A DNA stretch of 64,000 nt. It comes from Eledone cirrhosa (lineage: Eukaryota). The notes beneath the pieces were generated by a model, which made no database searches, had not been told where the DNA came from, and saw only the letters and a list, made by a program, of their open reading frames with translations. The DNA is taken from contig OZ024744.1 in NCBI GenBank assembly GCA_964016885.1, forward strand, positions 130,386,001-130,450,000, given 5' to 3'. A program made the translations under genes and the position numbers. This document shows, one piece after another, positions 10,473 to 23,208 of this stretch; position 1 is the first letter of the stretch; every line of letters starts with the position of its first letter.

Positions 10473-12271
10473 AGTCGGAGTTAAGTTAAGTTGGCGTTAA
10501 GTTAAGTTAGGCTTAACTTAAGTTGGGGGTAAGTTAAGTTGGGGGTAAGTTAAGTTGGGGTTAAGTTAAGTTGCGGTTAAGTTGGGGTTAAGTTAAGTTA
10601 GGGTTAAGTTAAGTTGGCGTTGAGTTAAGTTGGGGTTAATTAAGTGGTGGTTATGTTAAGTTGGGGTTAATTTAAATTGGGGTGAAGTTAACTTTGTGGT
10701 TAAGTTAAGTTGCAGTTAAGTTAAGTTGAGGTTAAGTTAAGTTGGGGTTAAGTTAAGTTGGGGTTAAGTTAAGTTGGGGCTAAGTTAAGTTGGGGCTAAG
10801 TTAAGTTGGGGCTAAGTTAAGTTGGGGTTAAGTTAAGTTGGGGTTAAGTTAAGTTGGGGTTAAGTTAAGTTGGGGTTAAGTTAAGTTGGTGTTAAGTTAA
10901 GTTGGGGCTAAGTTAAGTTGGGGCTGAGTTAAGTTGGGGCTGAGTTAAGTTGGGATTAAGTTAAGTTGGGGTTGAGTTAAGTTGGGGTTAAGTTAAGTTG
11001 GGGTCAAGTTAAGTTGGGGTTAAGTTGGGGTTAAGTTAAGTTAGGTTTAAGTTAAGTTGGGGTTAAGTTAAGTTGGGGTTAAGTTAAGTTGGGGTTAAGT
11101 TAAGTTGGGGTTAAGTTAAGTTGGGGTTAAGTTAATTTGTGGTTAAGTTAAGTTGGGGTTAAGTTAAGTTGGGGTTAAGTTAAGTCGGGGTTAAGTTAAG
11201 TTGGGGTTAAGTTAAGTTGGGGTTAATTTAAGTTGGGGTTAAGTTAAGTTGGGGATTAAGTTAAGTTGGGGATAATTTAAGTTGGGGTTAAGTTAAGTTT
11301 GGGTTTAAGTTAAGTTGGGGTTAAGTTAAGTTGAGGTTAAGTTAAGTTGGGGTTAAGTTAAGTTGGTTAGTTAAGTTGAGTTTAAGTTAAGTTGGGGTTA
11401 ATTTAAGTTGGGGTTAAGTTAAGCTGGGGTTAAGTTAAGTTGGGGTTAAGTTAAGTTGGGGTTAATTTAAGTTGGGGTTAAGTTAAGTTGCGGGTAATTT
11501 AAGTTGGGGTTAAGTTAAGTTGGGGTTAAGTTAAGTTGGGGTTAAGTTAAGTTGGGGTTAAGTTAAGTTGGGGTTAAGTTAAGTTGGGGCTAATTTAAGT
11601 TGGGGCTGAGTTAAGTTGGGGTTAAGTTAAGTTGGGGTTAAGTTAAGTTGGGGTTAAGTTAAGTTGGGGTTTATTTAAGTTGGGGTTAAGTTAAGTTGGG
11701 GTTCAGTTAAGTTGGGGTTCAGTTAAGTTGGGGTTAAGATGGGGTTAAATTACGTTGGAGTTAAGTTAAGTTGGGGTTAAGTTAAGTTGGGGTTAAGTTA
11801 AGTTGGGGTTAAGTTAAGTCGGGGTTAATTTAAGTCGGGGTTAAGTTAAGTTAGGGTTCAGTTAAGTTGGGGTTAAGTTAAGTTGGGCTTGAGTTAAGTT
11901 GGGGTTGAGTTAAATTGGGGTTGAGTTAAGTTGGGGTTGAGTTAAGTTGGTGTTGAGTTAAGTTGGGGTTAAGTTAAGTTGGGGTTAAGTTAAGTTGCAG
12001 TTAAGTTAAGTTGAGGTTAAGTTAAGGTGCGGTTAAGTTAAGTTGGGCTTAAGTTAAGTTGGGGCTAAGTTAAGTTGGGGCTAAGTTAAGTTGGGGCTAA
12101 GTTAAGTTGGGGTTAAGTTAAGTTGGGGTTAAGTTAAGTCGGGGTTAAGTTAAGTTGGGGTTAAGTTAAGTTGGGGTTAAGTTAAGTTGGGGTTAAGTTA
12201 AGTTGGTTAGTTAAGTTGAGTTTAAGTTAAGTTGGGGTTAATTTAAGTTGGGGTTAAGTTAAGTTGGGGTT

Positions 12272-12446
12272 AACCCCAACTTAACTTAACCCCAACTTCA
12301 CTCAACCCCAACGTAACTCAACCCCAACTTAACTTAACCCCAACTTCACTCAACCCCAACTTAACTTAACCCCAACTTCACTCAACCCCAACTTCCAACT
12401 TGACTTAACCCCAACTTAACTTAGCCCCAACTTAACTTAAGCCCAA
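12272..12446 (-). repeat. Inverted satellite block, type A
   Basis: cttccaacttgac diagnostic. Confidence 0.95.
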
Positions 12447-14039
12447 AGTCGGGGTTAAGTTAAGTTGGCGTTAAGTTAAGTTGGCGTTAAGTTAAGTTAG
12501 GCTTAACTTAAGTTGGGGTTCAGTTAAGTTGGGGGTAAGTTAAGTTGGGGTTAAGTTAAGTTAGGGTTAAGTTAAGTTGGGGTTGAGTTAAGTTGGGGTT
12601 AATTAAGTGGTGGTTATGTTAAGTTGGGGTTAAGTTAAGTTGGGGTTAATTTAAATTGGGGTTAAGTTAACTTTGTGGTTAAGTTAAGTTGGGGTTAAGT
12701 TAAGTTGGGGTAAAGTTGGGGTTGAGTTAAGTTGGGGTTGAGTGAAGTTGGGGTTAAGTTAAGTTGGGGTTAAGTTAAGTTGGGGTTAAGATAAGTCGGG
12801 GTTAAGTTAAGTTGTGGTTGAGTTAAGTTGGGGTTAATTTAAGTTGGGGCTAAGTTAATTTGTGGTTAAGTTAAGTTGTGGTTAAGTTAAGTTGGGGTTA
12901 AGTTAAGTTGGGGTTGAGTTAAGTTGGGGCTAAGTTAATTTGGGGTTAAGTTAATTTGGGGTTAAGTTAAGTTGGGGTTAAGTTAAGTTGGGTTTAAGTT
13001 AAGTTGGGGTTAAATTAAGTTGGGGTTAAATTAAGTTGGGGTTAAGTTAAGTTGGGGGTAAGTTAAGTTGGGGCTGAGTTAAGTTGGGGTTAAGTTAAGT
13101 TGAGGTTAAGTTAAGTTGGGGTTAAATTAAGTTGGGGTTAAGTTAAGTTGGGGTTAAGTTAAGTTGGGGATAAGTTAAGTTGGGGATAATTTAAGTTGGG
13201 GTTAAGTTAAGTTGGGGTTAAGTTAAGTTGGGGTTAAGTTAAGTTGGGGATAAGTTAAGTTGGGGTTAAGTTAAGTTGGGGTTAAGTTAAGTTGGGGTTA
13301 AGTTAAGTTGGGGCTAAGTTAAGTTGGGGCTGAGTTAAGTTGGGGTTAAGTTAAGTTGGGGGTTAAGTTAAGTTGGGGTAAATTTAAGTTGGGGTTTATT
13401 TAAGTTGGGGTTAAGTTAAGTTGGGGTTCAGTTAAGTTAGGGGTAAGTTAAGTTGGGGTTAAGATGGGGTTAAATTAAGTTGGGGTTAAGTTAAGTTGGG
13501 GTTAAGTTAAGTTGGAGTTAAGTTAAGTTGGGGTTAAGTTAAGTCGGGGTTAAGTTAAGTCGGGGTTAAGTTAAGTTAGGGTTCAGTTAAGTTGGGGTTA
13601 AGTTAAGTTGGGGTTGAGTTAAGTTGGGGTTGAGTTAAATTGGGGTTGAGTTAAGTTGGGGTTAAGTTAAGTTGCAGTTAAGTTAAGTTGAGGTTAAGTT
13701 AAGGTGCGGTTAAGTTAAGTTGGGGTTAAGTTAAGTTGGGGCTAAGTTAAGTTGGGGCTAAGTTAAGTTGGGGTTAAGTTACGTTGGGGTTAAGTTAAGT
13801 CGGGGTTAAGTTAAGTTGGGGTTAAGTTAAGTTGGGGTTAATTTAAGTTGGGGTTAAGTTAAGTTGGGGTTAAGTTAAGTTGGGGTTAAGTTAAGTTGGG
13901 GTTAAGTTGGGTTTAAGTTAAGTTGGGGTTAAGTTAAGTTGGTTAGTTAAGTTGAGTTTAAGTTAAGTTGGGGTTAATTTAAGTTGGGGTTAAGTTAAGT
14001 TGGGGTTAAGTTAAGTTGGGGTTAAGTTAAGTTGGGGTT

Positions 14040-14255
14040 AACCCCAACTTAACTTAACCCCAACTTAACTTAACCCCAACTTCACTCAACCCCAACGTAA
14101 CTCAACCCCAATTTAACTTAACCCCAACTTCACTCAACCCCAACTTAACTTAACCCCAACTTCACTCAATCCCAACTTAAGTCAACCCCAACTTAACTTA
14201 ACCCCAACTTGACTTAACCCCAACTTAACTTAGCCCCAACTTAACTTAAGCCCAA
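14040..14255 (-). repeat. Inverted satellite block, type C
   Basis: caatttaac and caatccc diagnostics. Confidence 0.95.
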
Positions 14256-15527
14256 AGTCGGGGTTAAGTTAAGTTGGCGTTAAGTTAAGTTAGGCTTAAC
14301 TTAAGTTGGGGGTAAGTTAAGTTGGGGGTAAGTTAAGTTGGGGTTAAGTTAAGTTGCGGTTAAGTTGGGGTTAAGTTAAGTTAGGGTTAAGTTAAGTTGG
14401 CGTTGAGTTAAGTTGGGGTTAATTAAGTGGTGGTTATGTTAAGTTGGGGTTAATTTAAATTGGGGTGAAGTTAACTTTGTGGTTAAGTTAAGTTGGGGTT
14501 AAGTTAAGTTGGGGTTAAGTTGGGGTTGAGTTAAGTTGGGGTTGAGTGAAGTTGGGGTTAAGTTAAGTTGGGGTAAAGTTAAGTTGGGGTTAAGTTAAGT
14601 CGGGGTTAAGTTAAGTTGTGGTTGAGTTAAGTTGGGGTTAATTTAAGTTGGGGCTAAGTTAATTTGTGGTTAAGTTAAATTGGGGTTAAGTTAAGTTGGG
14701 GTTAAGTTAAGTTGGGGTTAAGTTAAGTTGCAGTTAAGTTAAGTTGAGGTTAAGTCAAGTTGGGGTTAAGTTAAGTTGGGGTTAAGTTAACTTGGGGTTC
14801 AGTTAAGTTGGGGCTAAGTTAAGTTGGGGTTAAGATGGGGTTAAATTAAGTTGGGGTTAAGTTAAGTTGGGGTTAAGTTAAGTTGGGGTTAAGTTAAGTT
14901 GGGGTTAAGTTAAGTCGGGGTTAAGTTAAGTCGGGGTTAAGTTAAGTTAGGGTTCAGTTAAGTTGGGGTTAAGTTAAGTTGGGGTTGAGTTAAGTTGGGG
15001 TTGAGTTAAATTGGGGTTGAGTTAAGTTGGGGTTGAGTTAAGTTGGTGTTGAGTTAAGTTGGGGTTAAGTTAAGTTGGGGTTAAGTTAAGTTGCAGTTAA
15101 GTTAAGTTGAGGTTAAGTTAAGGTGCGGTTAAGTTAAGTTGGGGTTAAGTTAAGTTGGGGCTAAGTTAAGTTGGGGCTAAGTTAAGTTGGGGCTAAGTTA
15201 AGTTGGGGTTAAGTTACGTTGGGGTTAAGTTAAGTCGGGGCTAAGTTAAGTTGGGGTTAAGTTAAGTTGGGGTTAATTTAAGTTGGGGTTGAGTTAAGTT
15301 GGGGTTAAGTTTAGTTGGGGTTAAGTTAAGTTGGGGTTAAGTTAAGTTGGGTTTAAGTTAAGTTGGGGTTAAGTTAAGTTGGGGTCAAGTTAAGTTGGGG
15401 TTAAGTTAAGTTGGTTAGTTAAGTTGAGTTTAAGTTAAGTTGGGGTTAATTTAAGTTGGGGTTAAGTTAAGGTGGGGTTAAGTTAATTTGGGGTTAAGTT
15501 AAGTTGGGGTTAAGTTAAATTGGGGTT

Positions 15528-15711
15528 AACCCCAACTTAACTTAACCCCAACTTCACTCAACCCCAACGTAACTCAACCCCAACTTAACTTAACCCCAAC
15601 TTCACTCAACCCCAACTTAACTTAACCCCAACTTCACTCAACCCCAACTTAAGTCAACCCCAACTTAACTTAACCCCAACTTGACTTAACCCCAACTTAA
15701 CTTAAGCCCAA
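15528..15711 (-). repeat. Inverted satellite block, type B
   Basis: aagtcaacc; followed by agtcggag. Confidence 0.95.
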
Positions 15712-17494
15712 AGTCGGAGTTAAGTTAAGTTGGCGTTAAGTTAAGTTAGGCTTAACTTAAGTTGGGGGTAAGTTAAGTTGGGGGTAAGTTAAGTTGGGGT
15801 TAAGTTAAGTTGCGGTTAAGTTGGGGTTAAGTTAAGTTAGGGTTAAGTTAAGTTGGCGTTGAGTTAAGTTGGGGTTAATTAAGTGGTGGTTATGTTAAGT
15901 TGGGGTTAATTTAAATTGGGGTGAAGTTAACTTTGTGGTTAAGTTAAGTTGCAGTTAAGTTAAGTTGAGGTTAAGTTAAGTTGGGGTTAAGTTAAGTTGG
16001 GGCTAAGTTAAGTTGGGGCTAAGTTAAGTTGGGGCTAAGTTAAGTTGGGGTTAAGTTAAGTTGGGGTTAAGTTAAGTTGGGGTTAAGTTAAGTTGGGGTT
16101 AAGTTAAGTTGGTGTTAAGTTAAGTTGGGGCTAAGTTAAGTTGGGGCTGAGTTAAGTTGGGGCTGAGTTAAGTTGGGATTAAGTTAAGTTGGGGTTGAGT
16201 TAAGTTGGGGTTAAGTTAAGTTGGGGTCAAGTTAAGTTGGGGTTAAGTTGGGGTTAAGTTAAGTTAGGTTTAAGTTAAGTTGGGGTTAAGTTAAGTTGGG
16301 GTTAAGTTAAGTTGGGGTTAAGTTAAGTTGGGGTTAAGTTAAGTTGGGGTTAAGTTAATTTGTGGTTAAGTTAAGTTGGGGTTAAGTTAAGTTGGGGTTA
16401 AGTTAAGTCGGGGTTAAGTTAAGTTGGGGTTAAGTTAAGTTGGGGTTAATTTAAGTTGGGGTTAAGTTAAGTTGGGGATTAAGTTAAGTTGGGGATAATT
16501 TAAGTTGGGGTTAAGTTAAGTTTGGGTTTAAGTTAAGTTGGGGTTAAGTTAAGTTGGGGTTAAGTTAAGTTGGGGTTAAGTTAAGTTGGTTAGTTAAGTT
16601 GAGTTTAAGTTAAGTTGGGGTTAATTTAAGTTGGGGTTAAGTTAAGCTGGGGTTAAGTTAAGTTGGGGTTAAGTTAAGTTGGGGTTAATTTAAGTTGGGG
16701 TTAAGTTAAGTTGCGGGTAATTTAAGTTGGGGTTAAGTTAAGTTGGGGTTAATTTAAGTTGGGGTTAAGTTAAGTTGGGGTTAAGTTAAGTTGGGGTTAA
16801 ATTAAGTTGGGGCTAATTTAAGTTGGGGCTGAGTTAAGTTGGGGTTAAGTTAAGTTGGGGTTAAGTTAAGTTGGGGTTAAGTTAAGTTGGGGTTTATTTA
16901 AGTTGGGGTTAAGTTAAGTTGGGGTTCAGTTAAGTTGGGGTTCAGTTAAGTTGGGGTTAAGATGGGGTTAAATTACGTTGGACTTAAGTTAAGTTGGGGT
17001 TAAGTTAAGTTGGGGTTAAGTTAAGTTGGGGTTAAGTTAAGTCGGGGTTAATTTAAGTCGGGGTTAAGTTAAGTTAGGGTTCAGTTAAGTTGGGGTTAAG
17101 TTAAGTTGGGCTTGAGTTAAGTTGGGGTTGAGTTAAATTGGGGTTGAGTTAAGTTGGGGTTGAGTTAAGTTGGTGTTGAGTTAAGTTGGGGTTAAGTTAA
17201 GTTGGGGTTAAGTTAAGTTGCAGTTAAGTTAAGTTGAGGTTAAGTTAAGGTGCGGTTAAGTTAAGTTGGGCTTAAGTTAAGTTGGGGCTAAGTTAAGTTG
17301 GGGCTAAGTTAAGTTGGGGCTAAGTTAAGTTGGGGTTAAGTTAAGTTGGGGTTAAGTTAAGTCGGGGTTAAGTTAAGTTGGGGTTAAGTTAAGTTGGGGT
17401 TAAGTTAAGTTGGGGTTAAGTTAAGTTGGTTAGTTAAGTTGAGTTTAAGTTAAGTTGGGGTTAATTTAAGTTGGGGTTAAGTTAAGTTGGGGTT

Positions 17495-17669
17495 AACCCC
17501 AACTTAACTTAACCCCAACTTCACTCAACCCCAACGTAACTCAACCCCAACTTAACTTAACCCCAACTTCACTCAACCCCAACTTAACTTAACCCCAACT
17601 TCACTCAACCCCAACTTCCAACTTGACTTAACCCCAACTTAACTTAGCCCCAACTTAACTTAAGCCCAA
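17495..17669 (-). repeat. Inverted satellite block, type A
   Basis: cttccaacttgac diagnostic. Confidence 0.95.
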
Positions 17670-19249
17670 AGTCGGGGTTAAGTTAAGTTGGCGTTAAGTT
17701 AAGTTGGCGTTAAGTTAAGTTAGGCTTAACTTAAGTTGGGGTTCAGTTAAGTTGGGGGTAAGTTAAGTTGGGGTTAAGTTAAGTTAGGGTTAAGTTAAGT
17801 TGGGGTTGAGTTAAGTTGGGGTTAATTAAGTGGTGGTTATGTTAAGTTGGGGTTAAGTTAAGTTGGGGTTAATTTAAATTGGGGTTAAGTTAACTTTGTG
17901 GTTAAGTTAAGTTGGGGTTAAGTTAAGTTGGGGTAAAGTTGGGGTTGAGTTAAGTTGGGGTTGAGTGAAGTTGGGGTTAAGTTAAGTTGGGGTTAAGTTA
18001 AGTTGGGGTTAAGATAAGTCGGGGTTAAGTTAAGTTGTGGTTGAGTTAAGTTGGGGTTAATTTAAGTTGGGGCTAAGTTAATTTGTGGTTAAGTTAAGTT
18101 GTGGTTAAGTTAAGTTGGGGTTAAGTTAAGTTGGGGTTGAGTTAAGTTGGGGCTAAGTTAATTTGGGGTTAAGTTAAGTTGGGGTTAAGTTAAGTTGGGT
18201 TTAAGTTAAGTTGGGGTTAAATTAAGTTGGGGTTAAATTAAGTTGGGGTTAAGTTAAGTTGGGGGTAAGTTAAGTTGGGGGCAAGTTAAGTTGGGGTTAA
18301 TTTAAGTTGGGGTTAAATTAAGTTGGGGTTACGTTAAGTTGGTGTTAAGTTAAGTTGGGGTTAATTTAAGTTGGGGTTAATTAAGTTGGGGTTAAGTTAA
18401 GTTGGGGTTAAGTTAAGTTGGGGTTAATTTAAGTTGGGGTTGAGTTAAGTTGGGGTTAAGTTAAGTTGGGGTTATATTAAGTTGGGGTTAAGTTAAGTTG
18501 GGGTTCAGTTAAGTTGGGGTTAAGTTAAGTCGGGGTTAAGTTAAGTTGAGGTTAAGTTAAGTTGGGGTTAAGTTAAGTTGGTGTTAAGTTAAGTTGGGGC
18601 TAAGTTAAGTTGGGGCTGAGTTAAGTTGGGGCTGAGTTAAGTTGGGGCTAAGTTAAGTTGGGGTTGAGTTAAGTTGGGGTTAAGTTGGGGTTAAGTTAAG
18701 TTAGGTTTAAGTTAAGTTGGGGTTAAGTTAAGTTGGGGTTAAGTTAAGTTGGGGTTAAGTTAAGTTGGGGTTAAGTTAAGTTGGGGTTAAGTTAAGTTGG
18801 GGTTAAGTTAATTTGTGGTTAAGTTAAGTTGTGGTTAAGTTAAGGTGCGGTTAAGTTAAGTTGGGGTTAAGTTAAGTTGGGGCTAAGTTAAGTTGGGGCT
18901 AAGTTAAGTTGGGGCTAAGTTAAGTTGGGGTTAAGTTACGTTGGGGTTAAGTTAAGTCGGGGCTAAGTTAAGTTGGGGTTAAGTTAAGTTGGGGTTAATT
19001 TAAGTTGGGGTTGAGTTAAGTTGGGGTTAAGTTTAGTTGGGGTTAAGTTAAGTTGGGGTTAAGTTAAGTTGGGTTTAAGTTAAGTTGGGGTTAAGTTAAG
19101 TTGGGGTCAAGTTAAGTTGGGGTTAAGTTAAGTTGGTTAGTTAAGTTGAGTTTAAGTTAAGTTGGGGTTAATTTAAGTTGGGGTTAAGTTAAGTTGGGGT
19201 TAAGTTAATTTGGGGTTAAGTTAAGTTGGGGTTAAGTTAAATTGGGGTT

Positions 19250-19433
19250 AACCCCAACTTAACTTAACCCCAACTTCACTCAACCCCAACGTAACTCAAC
19301 CCCAACTTAACTTAACCCCAACTTCACTCAACCCCAACTTAACTTAACCCCAACTTCACTCAACCCCAACTTAAGTCAACCCCAACTTAACTTAACCCCA
19401 ACTTGACTTAACCCCAACTTAACTTAAGCCCAA
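19250..19433 (-). repeat. Inverted satellite block, type B
   Basis: aagtcaacc; followed by agtcggag. Confidence 0.95.
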
Positions 19434-21232
19434 AGTCGGAGTTAAGTTAAGTTGGCGTTAAGTTAAGTTAGGCTTAACTTAAGTTGGGGGTAAGTTAAGT
19501 TGGGGGTAAGTTAAGTTGGGGTTAAGTTAAGTTGCGGTTAAGTTGGGGTTAAGTTAAGTTAGGGTTAAGTTAAGTTGGCGTTGAGTTAAGTTGGGGTTAA
19601 TTAAGTGGTGGTTATGTTAAGTTGGGGTTAATTTAAATTGGGGTGAAGTTAACTTTGTGGTTAAGTTAAGTTGCAGTTAAGTTAAGTTGAGGTTAAGTTA
19701 AGTTGGGGTTAAATTAAGTTGGGGTTAAGTTAAGTTGGGGCTAAGTTAAGTTGGGGCTAAGTTAAGTTGGGGCTAAGTTAAGTTGGGGTTAAGTTAAGTT
19801 GGGGTTAAGTTAAGTTGGGGTTAAGTTAAGTTGGGGTTAAGTTAAGTTGGTGTTAAGTTAAGTTGGGGCTAAGTTAAGTTGGGGCTGAGTTAAGTTGGGG
19901 CTGAGTTAAGTTGGGATTAAGTTAAGTTGGGGTTGAGTTAAGTTGGGGTTAAGTTAAGTTGGGGTCAAGTTAAGTTGGGGTTAAGTTGGGCTTAAGTTAA
20001 GTTAGGTTTAAGTTAAGTTGGGGTTAAGTTAAGTTGGGGTTAAGTTAAGTTGGGGTTAAGTTAAGTTGGGGTTAAGTTAAGTTGGGGTTAAGTTAATTTG
20101 TGGTTAAGTTAAGTTGGGGTTAAGTTAAGTTGGGGTTAAGTTAAGTCGGGGTTAAGTTAAGTTGGGGTTAAGTTAAGTTGGGGTTAATTTAAGTTGGGGT
20201 TAAGTTAAGTTGGGGATTAAGTTAAGTTGGGGATAATTTAAGTTGGGGTTAAGTTAAGTTTGGGTTTAAGTTAAGTTGGGGTTAAGTTAAGTTGGGGTTA
20301 AGTTAAGTTGGGGTTAAGTTAAGTTGGTTAGTTAAGTTGAGTTTAAGTTAAGTTGGGGTTAATTTAAGTTGGGGTTAAGTTAAGCTGGGGTTAAGTTAAG
20401 TTGGGGTTAAGTTAAGTTGGGGTTAATTTAAGTTGGGGTTAAGTTAAGTTGCGGGTAATTTAAGTTGGGGTTAAGTTAAGTTGGGGTTAAGTTAAGTTGG
20501 GGTTAAGTTAAGTTGGGGTTAAGTTAAGTTGGGGTTAAGTTAAGTTGGGGCTAATTTAAGTTGGGGCTGAGTTAAGTTGGGGTTAAGTTAAGTTGGGGTT
20601 AAGTTAAGTTGGGGTTAAGTTAAGTTGGGGTTTATTTAAGTTGGGGTTAAGTTAAGTTGGGGTTCAGTTAAGTTGGGGTTCAGTTAAGTTGGGGTTAAGA
20701 TGGGGTTAAATTACGTTGGAGTTAAGTTAAGTTGGGGTTAAGTTAAGTTGGGGTTAAGTTAAGTTGGGGTTAAGTTAAGTCGGGGTTAATTTAAGTCGGG
20801 GTTAAGTTAAGTTAGGGTTCAGTTAAGTTGGGGTTAAGTTAAGTTGGGCTTGAGTTAAGTTGGGGTTGAGTTAAATTGGGGTTGAGTTAAGTTGGGGTTG
20901 AGTTAAGTTGGTGTTGAGTTAAGTTGGGGTTAAGTTAAGTTGGGGTTAAGTTAAGTTGCAGTTAAGTTAAGTTGAGGTTAAGTTAAGGTGCGGTTAAGTT
21001 AAGTTGGGCTTAAGTTAAGTTGGGGCTAAGTTAAGTTGGGGCTAAGTTAAGTTGGGGCTAAGTTAAGTTGGGGTTAAGTTAAGTTGGGGTTAAGTTAAGT
21101 CGGGGTTAAGTTAAGTTGGGGTTAAGTTAAGTTGGGGTTAAGTTAAGTTGGGGTTAAGTTAAGTTGGTTAGTTAAGTTGAGTTTAAGTTAAGTTGGGGTT
21201 AATTTAAGTTGGGGTTAAGTTAAGTTGGGGTT

Positions 21233-21407
21233 AACCCCAACTTAACTTAACCCCAACTTCACTCAACCCCAACGTAACTCAACCCCAACTTAACTTAACC
21301 CCAACTTCACTCAACCCCAACTTAACTTAACCCCAACTTCACTCAACCCCAACTTCCAACTTGACTTAACCGCAACTTAACTTAGCCCCAACTTAACTTA
21401 AGCCCAA
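21233..21407 (-). repeat. Inverted satellite block, type A* (ccgc variant)
   Basis: cttccaacttgacttaaccgcaac. Confidence 0.95.
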
Positions 21408-23024
21408 AGTCGGGGTTAAGTTAAGTTGGCGTTAAGTTAAGTTGGCGTTAAGTTAAGTTAGGCTTAACTTAAGTTGGGGTTCAGTTAAGTTGGGGGTAAG
21501 TTAAGTTGGGGTTAAGTTAAGTTAGGGTTAAGTTAAGTTGGGGTTGAGTTAAGTTGGGGTTAATTAAGTGGTGGTTATGTTAAGTTGGGGTTAAGTTAAG
21601 TTGGGGTTAATTTAAATTGGGGTTAAGTTAACTTTGTGGTTAAGTTAAGTTGGGGTTAAGTTAAGTTGGGGTAAAGTTGGGGTTGAGTTAAGTTGGGGTT
21701 GAGTGAAGTTGGGGTTAAGTTAAGTTGGGGTTAAGTTAAGTTGGGGTTAAGATAAGTCGGGGTTAAGTTAAGTTGTGGTTGAGTTAAGTTGGGGTTAATT
21801 TAAGTTGGGGCTAAGTTAATTTGTGGTTAAGTTAAGTTGTGGTTAAGTTAAGTTGGGGTTAAGTTAAGTTGGGGTTGAGTTAAGTTGGGGCTAAGTTAAT
21901 TTGGGGTTAAGTTAAGTTGGGGTTAAGTTAAGTTGGGTTTAAGTTAAGTTGGGGTTAAATTAAGTTGGGGTTAAATTAAGTTGGGGTTAAGTTAAGTTGG
22001 GGGTAAGTTAAGTTGGGGGCAAGTTAAGTTGGGGTTAATTTAAGTTGGGGTTAAATTAAGTTGGGGTTACGTTAAGTTGGTGTTAAGTTAAGTTGGGGTT
22101 AATTTAAGTTGGCGTTAATTAAGTTGGGGTTAAGTTAAGTTGGGGTTAAGTTAAGTTGGGGTTAATTTAAGTTGGGGTTGAGTTAAGTTGGGGTTAAGTT
22201 AAGTTGGGGTTATATTAAGTTGGGGTTAAGTTAAGTTGGGGTTCAGTTAAGTTGGGGTTAAGTTAAGTTGGGGTTAAGTTAAGTTGAGGTTAAGTTAAGT
22301 TGGGGTTAAGTTAAGTTGGTGTTAAGTTAAGTTGGGGCTAAGTTAAGTTGGGGCTGAGTTAAGTTGGGGCTGAGTTAAGTTGGGGTTAAGTTAAGTTGGG
22401 GTTAAGTTAAGTCGGGGTTAAGTTAAGTCGGGGTTAAGTTAAGTTAGGGTTCAGTTAAGTTGGGGTTAAGTTAAGTTGGGGTTGAGTTAAGTTGGGGTTG
22501 AGTTAAATTGGGGTTGAGTTAAGTTGGGGTTGAGTTAAGTTGGTGTTGAGTTAAGTTGGGGTTAAGTTAAGTTGGGGTTAAGTTAAGTTGCAGTTAAGTT
22601 AAGTTGAGGTTAAGTTAAGGTGCGGTTAAGTTAAGTTGGGGTTAAGTTAAGTTGGGGCTAAGTTAAGTTGGGGCTAAGTTAAGTTGGGGCTAAGTTAAGT
22701 TGGGGTTAAGTTACGTTGGGGTTAAGTTAAGTCGGGGCTAAGTTAAGTTGGGGTTAAGTTAAGTTGGGGTTAATTTAAGTTGGGGTTGAGTTAAGTTGGG
22801 GTTAAGTTTAGTTCGGGTTAAGTTAAGTTGGGGTTAAGTTAAGTTGGGTTTAAGTTAAGTTGGGGTTAAGTTAAGTTGGGGTCAAGTTAAGTTGGGGTTA
22901 AGTTAAGTTGGTTAGTTAAGTTGAGTTTAAGTTAAGTTGGGGTTAATTTAAGTTGGGGTTAAGTTAAGTTGGGGTTAAGTTAATTTGGGGTTAAGTTAAG
23001 TTGGGGTTAAGTTAAATTGGGGTT

Positions 23025-23208
23025 AACCCCAACTTAACTTAACCCCAACTTCACTCAACCCCAACGTAACTCAACCCCAACTTAACTTAACCCCAACTTC
23101 ACTCAACCCCAACTTAACTTAACCCCAACTTCACTCAACCCCAACTTAAGTCAACCCCAACTTAACTTAACCCCAACTTGACTTAACCCCAACTTAACTT
23201 AAGCCCAA
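23025..23208 (-). repeat. Inverted satellite block, type B
   Basis: aagtcaacc; followed by agtcggag. Confidence 0.95.

Larger units (their letters stand above)
1150..17210 (+). repeat. About 8.0-kb tandem duplication (B-A-C-B unit x2), junction near 9170-9200
   Basis: Block offsets 8021 (2268/10289) and 8037 (4235/12272, 6003/14040, 7491/15528). Shared private variants ttaaggtgggg (7434/15471) and ttggac (8941/16978). Confidence 0.88.
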
